Shown: in pieces, positions 36,254 to 45,010 of the stretch
How the letters are laid out: each line of letters begins with the position of its first letter
Numbering within the stretch: position 1 is the first letter of the stretch
Source of the DNA: Gallionellaceae bacterium
GTDB lineage: Bacteria > Pseudomonadota > Gammaproteobacteria > Burkholderiales > Gallionellaceae
Direction: 5' to 3'
Assembly (NCBI GenBank): GCA_008080515.1
Contig: VIKH01000002.1
Location: 57 to 64,056, forward strand
DNA: 64,000 bases
Notes under the pieces: model-generated
Seen by the model: the letters and a program-made list of their open reading frames with translations, nothing else
What the model was told of the DNA's origin: nothing
The model's database searches: none
Made by a program: the position numbers and the translations under genes

Positions 36254-37954
36254 TCAGCTCATGCGGTCGGTCAGATCCACCACCCGCGCTACCTCGGACA
36301 GCGAGGTGATGCCTTGCAACACGCGCCGCAGGCCGTCCTGCGCCAAAGGCCGGAAGCCTTTGTCCAGCGCCGCCTGTTTCAGGTCGCGGATGCTGGCGCG
36401 GCGCGCCACCAGATCGTCCAGATCGTTGTCCATCTTGAGCAGCTCCATGATGGCGAAGCGCCCGTTATAGCCCTGGTGGCGGCACAGGTCGCAACCGGCT
36501 GCGCGGTACAGTGTAATTTCCTCGTCGTGGCCGATGCCGAGCAGCCTGCGGTCCAGGTTATCCGGCTGATACGGATATTTGCAGTAAGGGCACAGCACGC
36601 GCACCAGGCGCTGCGCGATGATGCCGATGATGTTTCCGGCCATGATGTCCGGCAGGATGCCGATGTCCAGCAAGCGGGGGATCGCGCCGATCGCCGAGTT
36701 GGTGTGCAGGGTGGAATATACCTGGTGGCCGGTCATGGCGGCGCGGAACGCCATTTCCGCCGTGGGGTGGTCGCGTATTTCGCCGACCAGGATGATGTCC
36801 GGATCCTGCCGCATCATGGAGCGGATGCCGTTGGCAAAATCCAGCTTGGCCGCCTCGTTTACCGAGGTCTGGCGGATCAGCGGGATAGGGTATTCCACCG
36901 GGTCTTCCAAAGTCATGATGTTGACCGATTCGGTGTTGATATGGTTGAGCACCGAATACAGCGTGGTGGTCTTGCCGCTGCCGGTGGGGCCGGTCACCAG
37001 CACGATGCCTTCCGGTTTGGCGATAATCAGTTTGAGCGTCGAAAGCGAGGCTTCGTCCAGCCCGATCTTGTCTATCGGGACGATACCTTTCTGCCGGTCC
37101 AGGATGCGCAGCACCAGGTTTTCGCCGTGCGTGGTGGGGTGCGAGGCGACGCGGAAATCAATGGCGCGACCGGACAGGCGCAGCGAGATGCGGCCATCCT
37201 GCGGTGCGCGGGTTTCCGCGATGTTCATCCCGCTCATCACTTTCAGGCGCACCACCATGGCCGGCCAGAAGCTCTTGTGCAGGCTGCGTACTTGGCGCAG
37301 CACGCCATCAATGCGGTAGCGGATGCGCAGAAAGCTGCTTTCCGGCTCGAAGTGGATGTCGGACGCGCCCTGCTGCACCGCCTCGGTGAGCAGGGCGTCA
37401 ATCAGCCGCACTACCGGCTGGCTGAATTCGGTGACGCCCTGGTGCAGCGTCTGGTACTCCATCTCGCCCGGTTCGATTTCGTGCAGGATGCCGTCTATGG
37501 ACAGCTCGAAACCGTAATACTGGTCTATGGCGCGCAGGATGTCCGACTCGCTGGCGAGTTGCGTGGTCAGGCGGTATTCATCCTTGAGCAGGGCGCGCAA
37601 CTGGTCCAGCGCGATGATGTTGTCGGGGTCGGCGATGGCCAGGGTGAGGTGCTTGTGCAACACGTCAACCGACAGCGGCAGCAGTTGGTAGCGCCGCGCG
37701 ATGTCTTTGGGGATCAGTTTGATCGCGGCCGAATCAATAATGACGGTGGAGAGGTCAACGCTTTCCTGCCCCAGGTTCTCCGACAGCACATCGCGGATGG
37801 TGGCTTCGGACAGAAAGCCCAGCCCCACCAGCAGGCGGCCCAGCGGCTGGTGGTTCTTGTTCTGCTCCTGGACAGCGATGCGCAACTGGTCTTCGCTGAT
37901 GACGCCCTTTTCCAGCAGCATGCGTCCTAGGGGTTGTTGGGTGTTTGCAGCCAT
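36254..37954 (-). CDS. GspE/PilB/MshE-family secretion ATPase
   Basis: 566 aa. Walker A GPTGSGKTTT, Asp/His boxes, tetracysteine CPYC...CDLC. The N-terminus carries two MshEN-like motifs (PLGRMLLEKGVISEDQLRIAVQEQ, PLGRLLVGLGFLSEATIRDVL). Confidence 0.95.
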   Translation of the reverse strand: MAANTQQPLGRMLLEKGVISEDQLRIAVQEQNKNHQPLGRLLVGLGFLSEATIRDVLSENLGQESVDLSTVIIDSAAIKLIPKDIARRYQLLPLSVDVLHKHLTLAIADPDNIIALDQLRALLKDEYRLTTQLASESDILRAIDQYYGFELSIDGILHEIEPGEMEYQTLHQGVTEFSQPVVRLIDALLTEAVQQGASDIHFEPESSFLRIRYRIDGVLRQVRSLHKSFWPAMVVRLKVMSGMNIAETRAPQDGRISLRLSGRAIDFRVASHPTTHGENLVLRILDRQKGIVPIDKIGLDEASLSTLKLIIAKPEGIVLVTGPTGSGKTTTLYSVLNHINTESVNIMTLEDPVEYPIPLIRQTSVNEAAKLDFANGIRSMMRQDPDIILVGEIRDHPTAEMAFRAAMTGHQVYSTLHTNSAIGAIPRLLDIGILPDIMAGNIIGIIAQRLVRVLCPYCKYPYQPDNLDRRLLGIGHDEEITLYRAAGCDLCRHQGYNGRFAIMELLKMDNDLDDLVARRASIRDLKQAALDKGFRPLAQDGLRRVLQGITSLSEVARVVDLTDRMS

Positions 37955-37975
37955 GCCGTATATTGCGCCACGCCT

Positions 37976-39352
37976 TCAGGGGGTGGCGGCCAGCTCGTTC
38001 AGACGCCGTTGCGTTTGCGTGCGGTCAATTCTTGAAGGCTTGGCGGCGCCGTCCAGTTGCAGCGCATGCCGGTAATGTTGAGCAGCGAGCCCGCTTTTCC
38101 CCAGGTGATCCAGGCTGACCGCCAGGTTGAAAGCAAACTGCGCGTTGTCCGGCTCCAGCTTGCTGGCGCTGAAATAGGATTGCTGCGCGTCGCCCCAGCG
38201 CGATTGCTCCGCGTACAGGTTGCCCAGCGCGAAGTGCAGCGCGGGCGATTGCGGCTGCTGCGCGAGCAGCAGTTTCAGGCGGCTCTCAATGCCTGCCTCA
38301 TTGCTCTGGGAGAGCAGCGACAACATGCCGGCGTGGGCGATGGGGTCGCGCGGGTCGAGCGCCAGCACCTGGCGGTAATAGTGTGCGGCTTCATCGTCCC
38401 GAGACTGCTGTTGCGCGATGGCGGCCATACCCAGCAATGCGTCACGATTTTTTGCATCCAGCTTCAATATCTCGCCGTAGCGCTGTCCGGCAGCGTTGAG
38501 ATCGCCGTCACGATAAGCCTGCCAGGCTGCCAGCAAAGCAGGGGCGACGGGGTTGGCTTGCTGCGGGCTGCGTTCGATGCGGATGCCGGGCGCTGGCGGA
38601 GCGGGGAATGCTTCTTCCCCGACCGTTTCATTTTGCGCGGGTGGGGCCGTTTCTTGCTTTGGCTGCGCTGCCAATCTTCCCCGCCCCCCCTGTTGCATGA
38701 GGGGGGGCGAGGTTGCGGCCAGGCCGGCGCTTGCCTCAACTGCCGCCGTTGCCTTTTTTAGCAAAGAAGAGGGGGGTGGGGCTGCCATACCGACGTCCGA
38801 GCCACCCGCTGCCCCACCTTCAGGCAAAAGGGGGGTGGGAGGGTTTTGTGCAGACGTTTCTGCGGCAGCAACCTGCGCGACCGGCAAGTTTTCCTGCGTT
38901 GGCGTTGCGGGCGCTGGAGCGGGTGCGGGAGGTGGAGCAGCATTAACAACGGGTGCGGGTGGAGGATTGGGATGGGGGCGCTGTGCCTGCGTGGGCGGGG
39001 TGATTTCGCGCCAGACATAATATCCGCCGGCGGCGGCGAGCAACGTGCCGCTGATGAGCGCGATGGGGATAATGCCCAAGCGCCTGCCTTCGCGGGTGGG
39101 TGCGGATTTGGCGGCAAACAGATTTTTTCCTGCCGCGCGGGGGGCGTCGCGTGCTACGGCGGGTGCGCTGCCGGAAGTACGCCCTTCTGGCAGCTTCGGT
39201 TCAGACGGAGGGGCACCCTCCTGCGATGCGGCTGGAGCGGGAGACCCCTCGAGGTGCAAGGCTTCCGTTAACTGCGGCTCAATGGCCTTGTGGACACCGG
39301 TTTGATCCAGCGCGAGCTCGATTTTTTTTCTGGCGTCCAGCAGCAGGTTCAT
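37976..39352 (-). CDS. Bitopic Pro/Ala-rich TPR protein (MshN-like)
   Basis: 458 aa. One TM (IIPIALISGTLLAAAGGYYVW), a PPPAPVVNAAPPPAPAPAPA low-complexity linker, and C-terminal TPR units (AWQAYRDGDLNAAGQRYGEILKLDAKNRDALLGMA...). Confidence 0.7.
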   Translation of the reverse strand: MNLLLDARKKIELALDQTGVHKAIEPQLTEALHLEGSPAPAASQEGAPPSEPKLPEGRTSGSAPAVARDAPRAAGKNLFAAKSAPTREGRRLGIIPIALISGTLLAAAGGYYVWREITPPTQAQRPHPNPPPAPVVNAAPPPAPAPAPATPTQENLPVAQVAAAETSAQNPPTPLLPEGGAAGGSDVGMAAPPPSSLLKKATAAVEASAGLAATSPPLMQQGGRGRLAAQPKQETAPPAQNETVGEEAFPAPPAPGIRIERSPQQANPVAPALLAAWQAYRDGDLNAAGQRYGEILKLDAKNRDALLGMAAIAQQQSRDDEAAHYYRQVLALDPRDPIAHAGMLSLLSQSNEAGIESRLKLLLAQQPQSPALHFALGNLYAEQSRWGDAQQSYFSASKLEPDNAQFAFNLAVSLDHLGKSGLAAQHYRHALQLDGAAKPSRIDRTQTQRRLNELAATP

Positions 39353-41142
39353 GGCCTTGTGCCGGCACCCACTTTTTTGCCGGTTTCCTTGAAGAAGTTC
39401 TCATCCGGCAGGCTGCTGCGGAACTCGCTGTAGTCGGCGGTTATGCTGGCATCCTTGATAACTATCGGTCGCAGAAAAATCACCAGCTCGGTCTTGGTGG
39501 TAGTGTCGTTGCGGTTCTTGAAGATGCCGCCAGCCAGCGGAATATTGGCCAGCCCGGGGATAGCGTCGGTGAAGTTATCTATGCGATCTTCCATCAGGCC
39601 ACCCATTACCGCAATCTGGTTGTTGTCTATTTTTAGTACCGACTCCATTTCTCGCACTTGGGTTTGTGGAATGCGGCTGGTTACGCCTGCTGCTTTCAGC
39701 ACCGGATTGGGGTCGTTAATGTAACTGAGCAAGCGCGAAATAGAGGGGCGCAAATTGAGCAGTACCGTGTCGCTGTCGCTGATCTGTGGGGTGACGCTCA
39801 TGGTAAAGCCGACAGAAGTGGTGTTAATGGTTGTTGTGTATGTCGTGTTCCCTGGGCCGCTAACGGTCGGAGGATCAATTTTTACATCAACGGTGAAATA
39901 CACCAGATTATCCACCACGCGTAGCACAGCGGTCTGATTGTTCATGACGCTGAGCTTGGGGCTGGACAATACTTTTACCGTGCCGAACGATTCGAGCAAG
40001 GAGACCGTCGCGCTCAGGTTGCCCAGATTTGCGGTGGGGTTGGCGTAATTGAGGATGAACATGCTGCCGGTGTTAGCGCTTGGCAAACCGGCAGTACCGG
40101 CCTGGGTCAACTGAAAACCTTTTGCGCCAAGCCGCAGGCCTTGCCAGTTGATGCCCTGCTGGTACTGGTCGCTCAAACGCACTTCCACCACTGTCGCCTC
40201 AATCAGCACCTGGCGCCGCGCGCTGGCCATAATTTGGTCCACAAACTCCTGAATTTTTTCATGCTGCTTGCCGGTGGCGCGAACCGTGATGATGCCGTTC
40301 TCCGGGTTTGCGATCACCGAAGATGCATCGCGGAAAGTGCTGGTGCGCGTGACAGTAGTGCCGCCCTCCTGCAAGAATGCGGGGTTCGGGCTGTTTTCTA
40401 TACCCGGCGCTTTGACGGTAGTTTTTTTGCCGCCGGTTGTTTGCTGGGCTCCCGTGCCGGTGGTGCTGATCGCACTGCTTTGCTGCACCAGTGTTTCGCT
40501 GGAACCGGATGGCAATATCTTGTCGGTCTCGCGCAGGATGTCCTTGATGTTCTGGGTCAGTGTTTCCCAGAAGTGGTTTTTGGAAACGTTCTTGATGGCC
40601 AGCATAGAGTTGCTGCCTGCGCCGCTCGTACCTCCCGCCGCACCAGAGCCAACTTGAGTTGAACCTGAAATCGCGCCGTCCGAATCGCGCGCCATGTTGA
40701 CGTAATCAATCTTGTAGTGCTTGAGGAAAGGCGAATCCGGCATGACGATCAGGTTCGGCCCGTCCAGTTCGTAGCGCATCTCTACCTGCTTGGCGATGCG
40801 GTTGAGGATTTGCGGCAGGGTCTGGTCTATCGCGTTGAGGGTGACGGTTCCCTGTATGCCGGCATGGATGTCGAGATTGATTTTTGCGTCACGCGCCAGC
40901 GCAAACAGAATTTCCTGCGCCGGAACATTGGTCACGACCACGCTGTAAGTTTCGGCTTTGGGCGCGGCTGCGGGCGGGGGGAGCGAGATGGCACGCTTGA
41001 TCGGCTGCGGGATATTGGCAGCTTGCGCGGCCTCGGCGGTTTCGCTCCGGAGGTGCTGGGCAGAAGGTTTGATAGGCTGCGTGCCGCAGGCAGAGAGCAG
41101 GGCGAAGCTGAAACACATTAACCATACATTGCCTGAACGCAT
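39349..41142 (-). CDS. Secretin (MshL/PilQ/GspD family), probable lipoprotein
   Basis: 597 aa. Lipobox LLSAC at the N-terminus. Conserved secretin C-domain (...VKVLSSPKLSVMNNQTAVLRV...IPGLANIPLAGGIFKNRNDTTTKTELVIFLRP). Confidence 0.9.
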   Translation of the reverse strand: MRSGNVWLMCFSFALLSACGTQPIKPSAQHLRSETAEAAQAANIPQPIKRAISLPPPAAAPKAETYSVVVTNVPAQEILFALARDAKINLDIHAGIQGTVTLNAIDQTLPQILNRIAKQVEMRYELDGPNLIVMPDSPFLKHYKIDYVNMARDSDGAISGSTQVGSGAAGGTSGAGSNSMLAIKNVSKNHFWETLTQNIKDILRETDKILPSGSSETLVQQSSAISTTGTGAQQTTGGKKTTVKAPGIENSPNPAFLQEGGTTVTRTSTFRDASSVIANPENGIITVRATGKQHEKIQEFVDQIMASARRQVLIEATVVEVRLSDQYQQGINWQGLRLGAKGFQLTQAGTAGLPSANTGSMFILNYANPTANLGNLSATVSLLESFGTVKVLSSPKLSVMNNQTAVLRVVDNLVYFTVDVKIDPPTVSGPGNTTYTTTINTTSVGFTMSVTPQISDSDTVLLNLRPSISRLLSYINDPNPVLKAAGVTSRIPQTQVREMESVLKIDNNQIAVMGGLMEDRIDNFTDAIPGLANIPLAGGIFKNRNDTTTKTELVIFLRPIVIKDASITADYSEFRSSLPDENFFKETGKKVGAGTRP

Positions 41143-41178
41143 GTATCCCCCTTGTTATGTTTGGGTGCAGCTAGTGTC

Positions 41179-41193
41179 GCAATGTTGCGGCCA
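41179..41193 (-). promoter_or_regulatory. Candidate sigma54 promoter TGGCCGCAACATTGC upstream of the secretin gene
   Basis: On the minus strand, GG and GC have the exact -24/-12 spacing of TGGCACG-N4-TTGC. It is followed by ~35 nt and an AAGGGGGA Shine-Dalgarno before ATG 41142. A sigma54 activator is encoded 1.7 kb upstream in the same direction. Confidence 0.45.
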
Positions 41194-41264
41194 GCAACGC
41201 CATCCGCCGGGCGATTGCCGGCAAACTCTAACATCTTCACCCGACATACTCAACCGCGCTCGCC

Positions 41265-42842
41265 CTAGCGGGGCGGGGTTTGAGCGCTGCCCAGCAGGTA
41301 GAGCGACGGCGCGAACGCCTTGCGGTAGCGTTGCGGCAGTTGCTCCATCCCGGCGCGCGCCGCCTCGATATCCGGGTAATAACCATACAGCACCCTGAAA
41401 CCGGCTTTGCCGTTCAGCGTGATCGGCAGAACATAGATTTCGGAAAGTTTGCCCAATCCTTTAGCGCGGGTCAGGAATCCTTCCATGCGCGCCGGTTGCG
41501 CGTCTTCGGTGTAGAAAAGCTGGATGCTGGCGCTGTTCATCCCGGCTTTGGCGAACATCTCCCGCGTTGCCGTGGCGCGCTGTTGCAGCAGGGTGGTGGG
41601 CCGCGTTTGCCTGGTTTCGCCGCCACCGGTATGGGTGGCGGCTTCCGGTTGTGCTGCCGCAGGTATCGGGGGGAGGGCGGCTGCTACGGCACTGATTGTC
41701 GCTGTCGGGGCAGATGCGGATGGGGCAGCCGCCGCGACATCGGAAGCCGGAGCCGAAACCGTAATGCTCGGCGCAACAGCGGATGCCGCTTCCGGTGCCG
41801 GCACGGTTGGCACCACGGCAGAAGCGGCGGTAGGCGCGTCTGGAGCCGGGTCAATTGCGGCCTTAAGCTCGGCGGGCGCAGGGGCGGGGACGGCCCTGGC
41901 GGGCGCTGTTTCAAAGGTAGCGGATTTCTTGCCCGCGCTGCCGAACAGCCAGCCAGCGCCGATCAGCAGCATGGCGGCAAGGGCGGCGATGACGGCTGCG
42001 GCGGCAATTTTATGATTGCTCCGCGAGGGTGGTTGCGGCGACAGTTCGCTGTCGCGGATGGCGGCCTGTACGTGTCGCTCTTCGATGCTGTAGGTGTCTT
42101 CCACGAAGGCCGCGAGCAGCGATTTGTCGGCGAGGATGTTGACGCGCCGCATCAGCCCCTGCGAGGCCTTGCCGATCAGGGTGACGGCGGCAGCGGAAAA
42201 CAGGTTGGGGCCGCGGTAACCGGCGGTGCGCATGCGGAACAGCAAATAGGCCTCGATCACCTGCTGGGACAGCGGCAGCATGGTGAAATGATGCACGATA
42301 CGATCCTTGAGCTGGCGCATGTTGGGCTGGTCGAGCTTGGCGTTCAGTTCGGGTTGGCCGAACAGCACGATTTGCAGCAGCTTGTTGTTGCCGATCTGGA
42401 GGTTGTACAGCAGGCGCAGCTCTTCCAGGGTATCCAGCGGCATGGCGTGCGCTTCGTCCACCAGTACCACCACGCGCTTGCCGCCCGCAGTCTTTTGCGC
42501 CAGCAGGTTTTGCAAGGTCTGCATGATGACGTTGACGCGCTGCCCTTCCAGGTTGAGGCCGAGGCCGTCGGCGATAGCGTAGAGCATTTCTTCGCGCGAC
42601 AAACTGGGGTTGGCAAGATAGACGCTTTCCACCTGCTGCGGCAGGCGCTCCAGCAACATGCGGCACAGCATGGTTTTGCCGCTGCCCACCTCGCCCGTGA
42701 CCTTGACGATGCCTTCGCTTTCGGTGATGGCGTAGATCAGCGCATCCAGTATTTCTCCCCGGCTGGCCCCGGAAAAGAAAAAATCGGTGACGGGAGTGAT
42801 CTTGAAAGGCTGGCTGTCGAGGCCGAAGTGTTCCAGGTACAT
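41265..42842 (-). CDS. ExeA/MshM-type AAA ATPase with Ala/Pro-rich linker and SPOR-like C-terminus
   Basis: MYLEHFGLDSQPF..., Walker A GEVGSGKT, Walker B VVVLVDEAH. TM (IAAAAVIAALAAMLLIGAGWLF). C-terminal ...ASIQLFYTED...GFRVLYGYYPDIEAARAGMEQLP. Confidence 0.85.
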   Translation of the reverse strand: MYLEHFGLDSQPFKITPVTDFFFSGASRGEILDALIYAITESEGIVKVTGEVGSGKTMLCRMLLERLPQQVESVYLANPSLSREEMLYAIADGLGLNLEGQRVNVIMQTLQNLLAQKTAGGKRVVVLVDEAHAMPLDTLEELRLLYNLQIGNNKLLQIVLFGQPELNAKLDQPNMRQLKDRIVHHFTMLPLSQQVIEAYLLFRMRTAGYRGPNLFSAAAVTLIGKASQGLMRRVNILADKSLLAAFVEDTYSIEERHVQAAIRDSELSPQPPSRSNHKIAAAAVIAALAAMLLIGAGWLFGSAGKKSATFETAPARAVPAPAPAELKAAIDPAPDAPTAASAVVPTVPAPEAASAVAPSITVSAPASDVAAAAPSASAPTATISAVAAALPPIPAAAQPEAATHTGGGETRQTRPTTLLQQRATATREMFAKAGMNSASIQLFYTEDAQPARMEGFLTRAKGLGKLSEIYVLPITLNGKAGFRVLYGYYPDIEAARAGMEQLPQRYRKAFAPSLYLLGSAQTPPR

Positions 42843-44291
42843 TCAGGATTCTCCTGCGGTATTCTGAACGGCCTGGTGCTTCTGCAACGCTTCCATGCGG
42901 CTGTACAGCGTGGTGCGGTGCAGGCCCAGCAGCTTTGCGGCTTCGCTGACGTTGCCGCCCGCAAGCTTTATGGCAGCATCGATGTAGTAGCTACCCTGCT
43001 CCTGCAGCAGTTTGTCGAGGCTGAAATTCGGCTGCTGCAGCAAGGTGTCCATGGCCAGCTTGCGCGGGTCGTCAGTCGCTCCGGGAATGTGATCGCTTGC
43101 GGCGATCTGGCCCAGATCGAGTTCGGCTTCCAGTTGTTCGGCAGCGACCGTCCGTCCCGGATATTTGGTGGCGAGGCGGATGACGATATTGCGCAGCTCG
43201 CGCGTGTTGCCGGGAAAACCGTAGCGCTCCCACAGTTGTATGGCAGCAGCATCGAGACAAAACGGGGCGCTGGCGGACTGGCTGGCGTAAAAATCGCGGA
43301 AATGGTTGAGCAGCAGCATCTTGTCCGCGCCCATGTCGCGCAACGGCGGAACCTGGATGGTGAACACGTTGAGGCGGTGGTACAGGTCGGTACGAAAGCA
43401 CCCGGCGCGCACTTCGCCGCGCAAGTCGCGGTTGGTCGCCGCAATGATGCGGGCACTGCTCTTGCGCATTGCCGATTCGCCGACGCGCTGGTATTCCCCG
43501 TTCTCCAGCACGCGCAGCAGCTTGGCTTGCAGCTCCAGCGGCAACTCCCCGATCTCGTCGAGAAACAGGGTGCCGTTTCCCGCTTCCTCGAAAAAACCGG
43601 CCTGGGCGGTGTTGGCGCCGGTAAATGCACCCTTGCTGTGCCCGAACAACGCGGACTCGATCAGGCTGGGAGAAACCGCAGCGCAGTTGAACACTACGTG
43701 GGGTGCCTTGCTGTTCGGCCCGAGGACGCGCAACGCCGCCGCGACCAGCTCTTTGCCGCTGCCCGATTCGCCCTCTATCAGAACCGGGAAAGGGGTGGCG
43801 GCATACAGCGCGATCTGGCTGCGCATCGCCTGAACTGCCGGGCTGTGCCCCACGATGCCGAGCAACGCTTCTTCTTGCCTGCGGCTTCTTTGCTCGCCCT
43901 GTTGGGCCAGCAAGGCATCGCGCAACAGCTTCCTGATTTTGTCAGGAGAGCAGGGCTTGGCGACAAAATCGCATGCGCCGAGGGTGCGCGCGTGACGCGC
44001 GTTGGATTCCTCGTTCTGCCCGGACAAAACGAGGATTTTGATGTCCGGCGAGTGTGCCAGCAGTTCGGCGATCAGGTGAAACCCCTCATCGGGCCGGTGG
44101 GGGGTGGGCGGCAGCCCCAAATCCACCAGCGCCAGTTGCGGTCGGTCGGGCATTTCCCGCAGCTGGCCGATGGCGCTGGCGCGGTTCTCGGCCACGCGGA
44201 CATCGAACTCGGCGGCGAGCGACAACTGCAACGTTTCGCGGATGAGAGGATCGTCATCCACGATGAGCAAGATGGGAAGGGCGTTGTTCAA
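42843..44291 (-). CDS. Sigma54-dependent response regulator, PrsR-like (PEP-CTERM-box type)
   Basis: The receiver has the DLGLPPTPHRPDEGF motif that I associate with PrsR. AAA+ domain (GESGSGKE, GAFTGA) and C-terminal Fis-type HTH (AAKLLGLHRTTLYSRM). Its stop abuts the exeA-like ATG (TGAATG). Confidence 0.85.
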   Translation of the reverse strand: MNNALPILLIVDDDPLIRETLQLSLAAEFDVRVAENRASAIGQLREMPDRPQLALVDLGLPPTPHRPDEGFHLIAELLAHSPDIKILVLSGQNEESNARHARTLGACDFVAKPCSPDKIRKLLRDALLAQQGEQRSRRQEEALLGIVGHSPAVQAMRSQIALYAATPFPVLIEGESGSGKELVAAALRVLGPNSKAPHVVFNCAAVSPSLIESALFGHSKGAFTGANTAQAGFFEEAGNGTLFLDEIGELPLELQAKLLRVLENGEYQRVGESAMRKSSARIIAATNRDLRGEVRAGCFRTDLYHRLNVFTIQVPPLRDMGADKMLLLNHFRDFYASQSASAPFCLDAAAIQLWERYGFPGNTRELRNIVIRLATKYPGRTVAAEQLEAELDLGQIAASDHIPGATDDPRKLAMDTLLQQPNFSLDKLLQEQGSYYIDAAIKLAGGNVSEAAKLLGLHRTTLYSRMEALQKHQAVQNTAGES

Positions 44292-44406
44292 GTATGGGTT
44301 CCGGTATGTGCAACGCGCAGAATAGCCCGCAACGGCTGCAAGTTCAACAGCTTGAGGTCGGCCCGGAAACGGGTGCGCCCTTCTGCGCGAAGCGAGCGGC
44401 GCAGAT

Positions 44407-44988
44407 TCAAGGCGGAAGGGCTGGCTGTGCGGGGTCGGTGGAGGCGTCGGTTTTTTGATCGGCGCCCCGCGCCACAGGCGACAGGGATCGCGGCATCACC
44501 CGGCCCGGCGCGGCAAGGAAGATGGAATCTGGTGGAACGTCGCGGGTGACCACGCAGTTAGCTCCGACCATGGAACGATCACCGACCGTGATGCCACCGA
44601 GCACGCGCGCACCGGGGTAAATATCAACATTGTTGCCGATTTTCGGAGTTCCTGGAATTTGTCCTGTACCCAATGTTACGTCATGAAAAATGACGCAGTC
44701 TTCGCCGATTTCGACGCCCCTGCCGATCATGACGTTGGTCGGATGGATGAGGCGCAGGCCGGCGCCGATGCGCGCCCCCCCGCGACCGGCCCACAGGTGG
44801 ACGTGGTAGAAAAAAAACGGCAGCTTGAGGAGCCGGTACAGTACCCACATCGGGACGCGAAGGATAGCAGGCAATGAATACACCCACATTCCGAACCGGT
44901 AGACCGCTACGATCCGAAATCCGGGGTTGGCGTACCACCGGCCATCATGCGAGTTTCTTGTTATGTCGCGCCGCAGATTCTCGAGCAT
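44407..44988 (-). CDS. Left-handed beta-helix O-acetyltransferase (CysE/serine acetyltransferase-like)
   Basis: Hexapeptide repeats (IGAGLRLIHPTNVMIGRGVEIGEDCVIFHDVTLG...IGNNVDIYPGARVLGGITVGDRSMVGANCVV). Start set to the Met at 44988; ORF-track start 45054 would overlap the upstream gene. Confidence 0.75.
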   Translation of the reverse strand: MLENLRRDITRNSHDGRWYANPGFRIVAVYRFGMWVYSLPAILRVPMWVLYRLLKLPFFFYHVHLWAGRGGARIGAGLRLIHPTNVMIGRGVEIGEDCVIFHDVTLGTGQIPGTPKIGNNVDIYPGARVLGGITVGDRSMVGANCVVTRDVPPDSIFLAAPGRVMPRSLSPVARGADQKTDASTDPAQPALPP

Positions 44989-45010
44989 CGGAGTTGTTCG
45001 ATGAAGCAGT

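Noticed and set aside
34896-37930. Long + strand ORFs (34896..36470, 36314..37930) opposite the platform and ATPase genes
   Set aside because: The translations are His/Arg/Gly-rich nonsense, while the minus-strand frames carry unmistakable GspF and GspE signatures.
32293-44291. Reading the cluster as a canonical type II secretion system
   Set aside because: No GspC, GspL, GspM or pseudopilins GspG-K are present. The presence of ExeA/MshM-like, TPR, PilM/N/O-like parts and a lipoprotein secretin fits an MSHA-type filament machine better.
41280-44549. 1089-aa + strand ORF spanning the ExeA-like and activator genes
   Set aside because: Arg/Gly/Ala-rich low-complexity translation with no motifs, lying antisense to two minus-strand genes that have clear Walker and HTH motifs. 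Typical shadow ORF of high-GC DNA.
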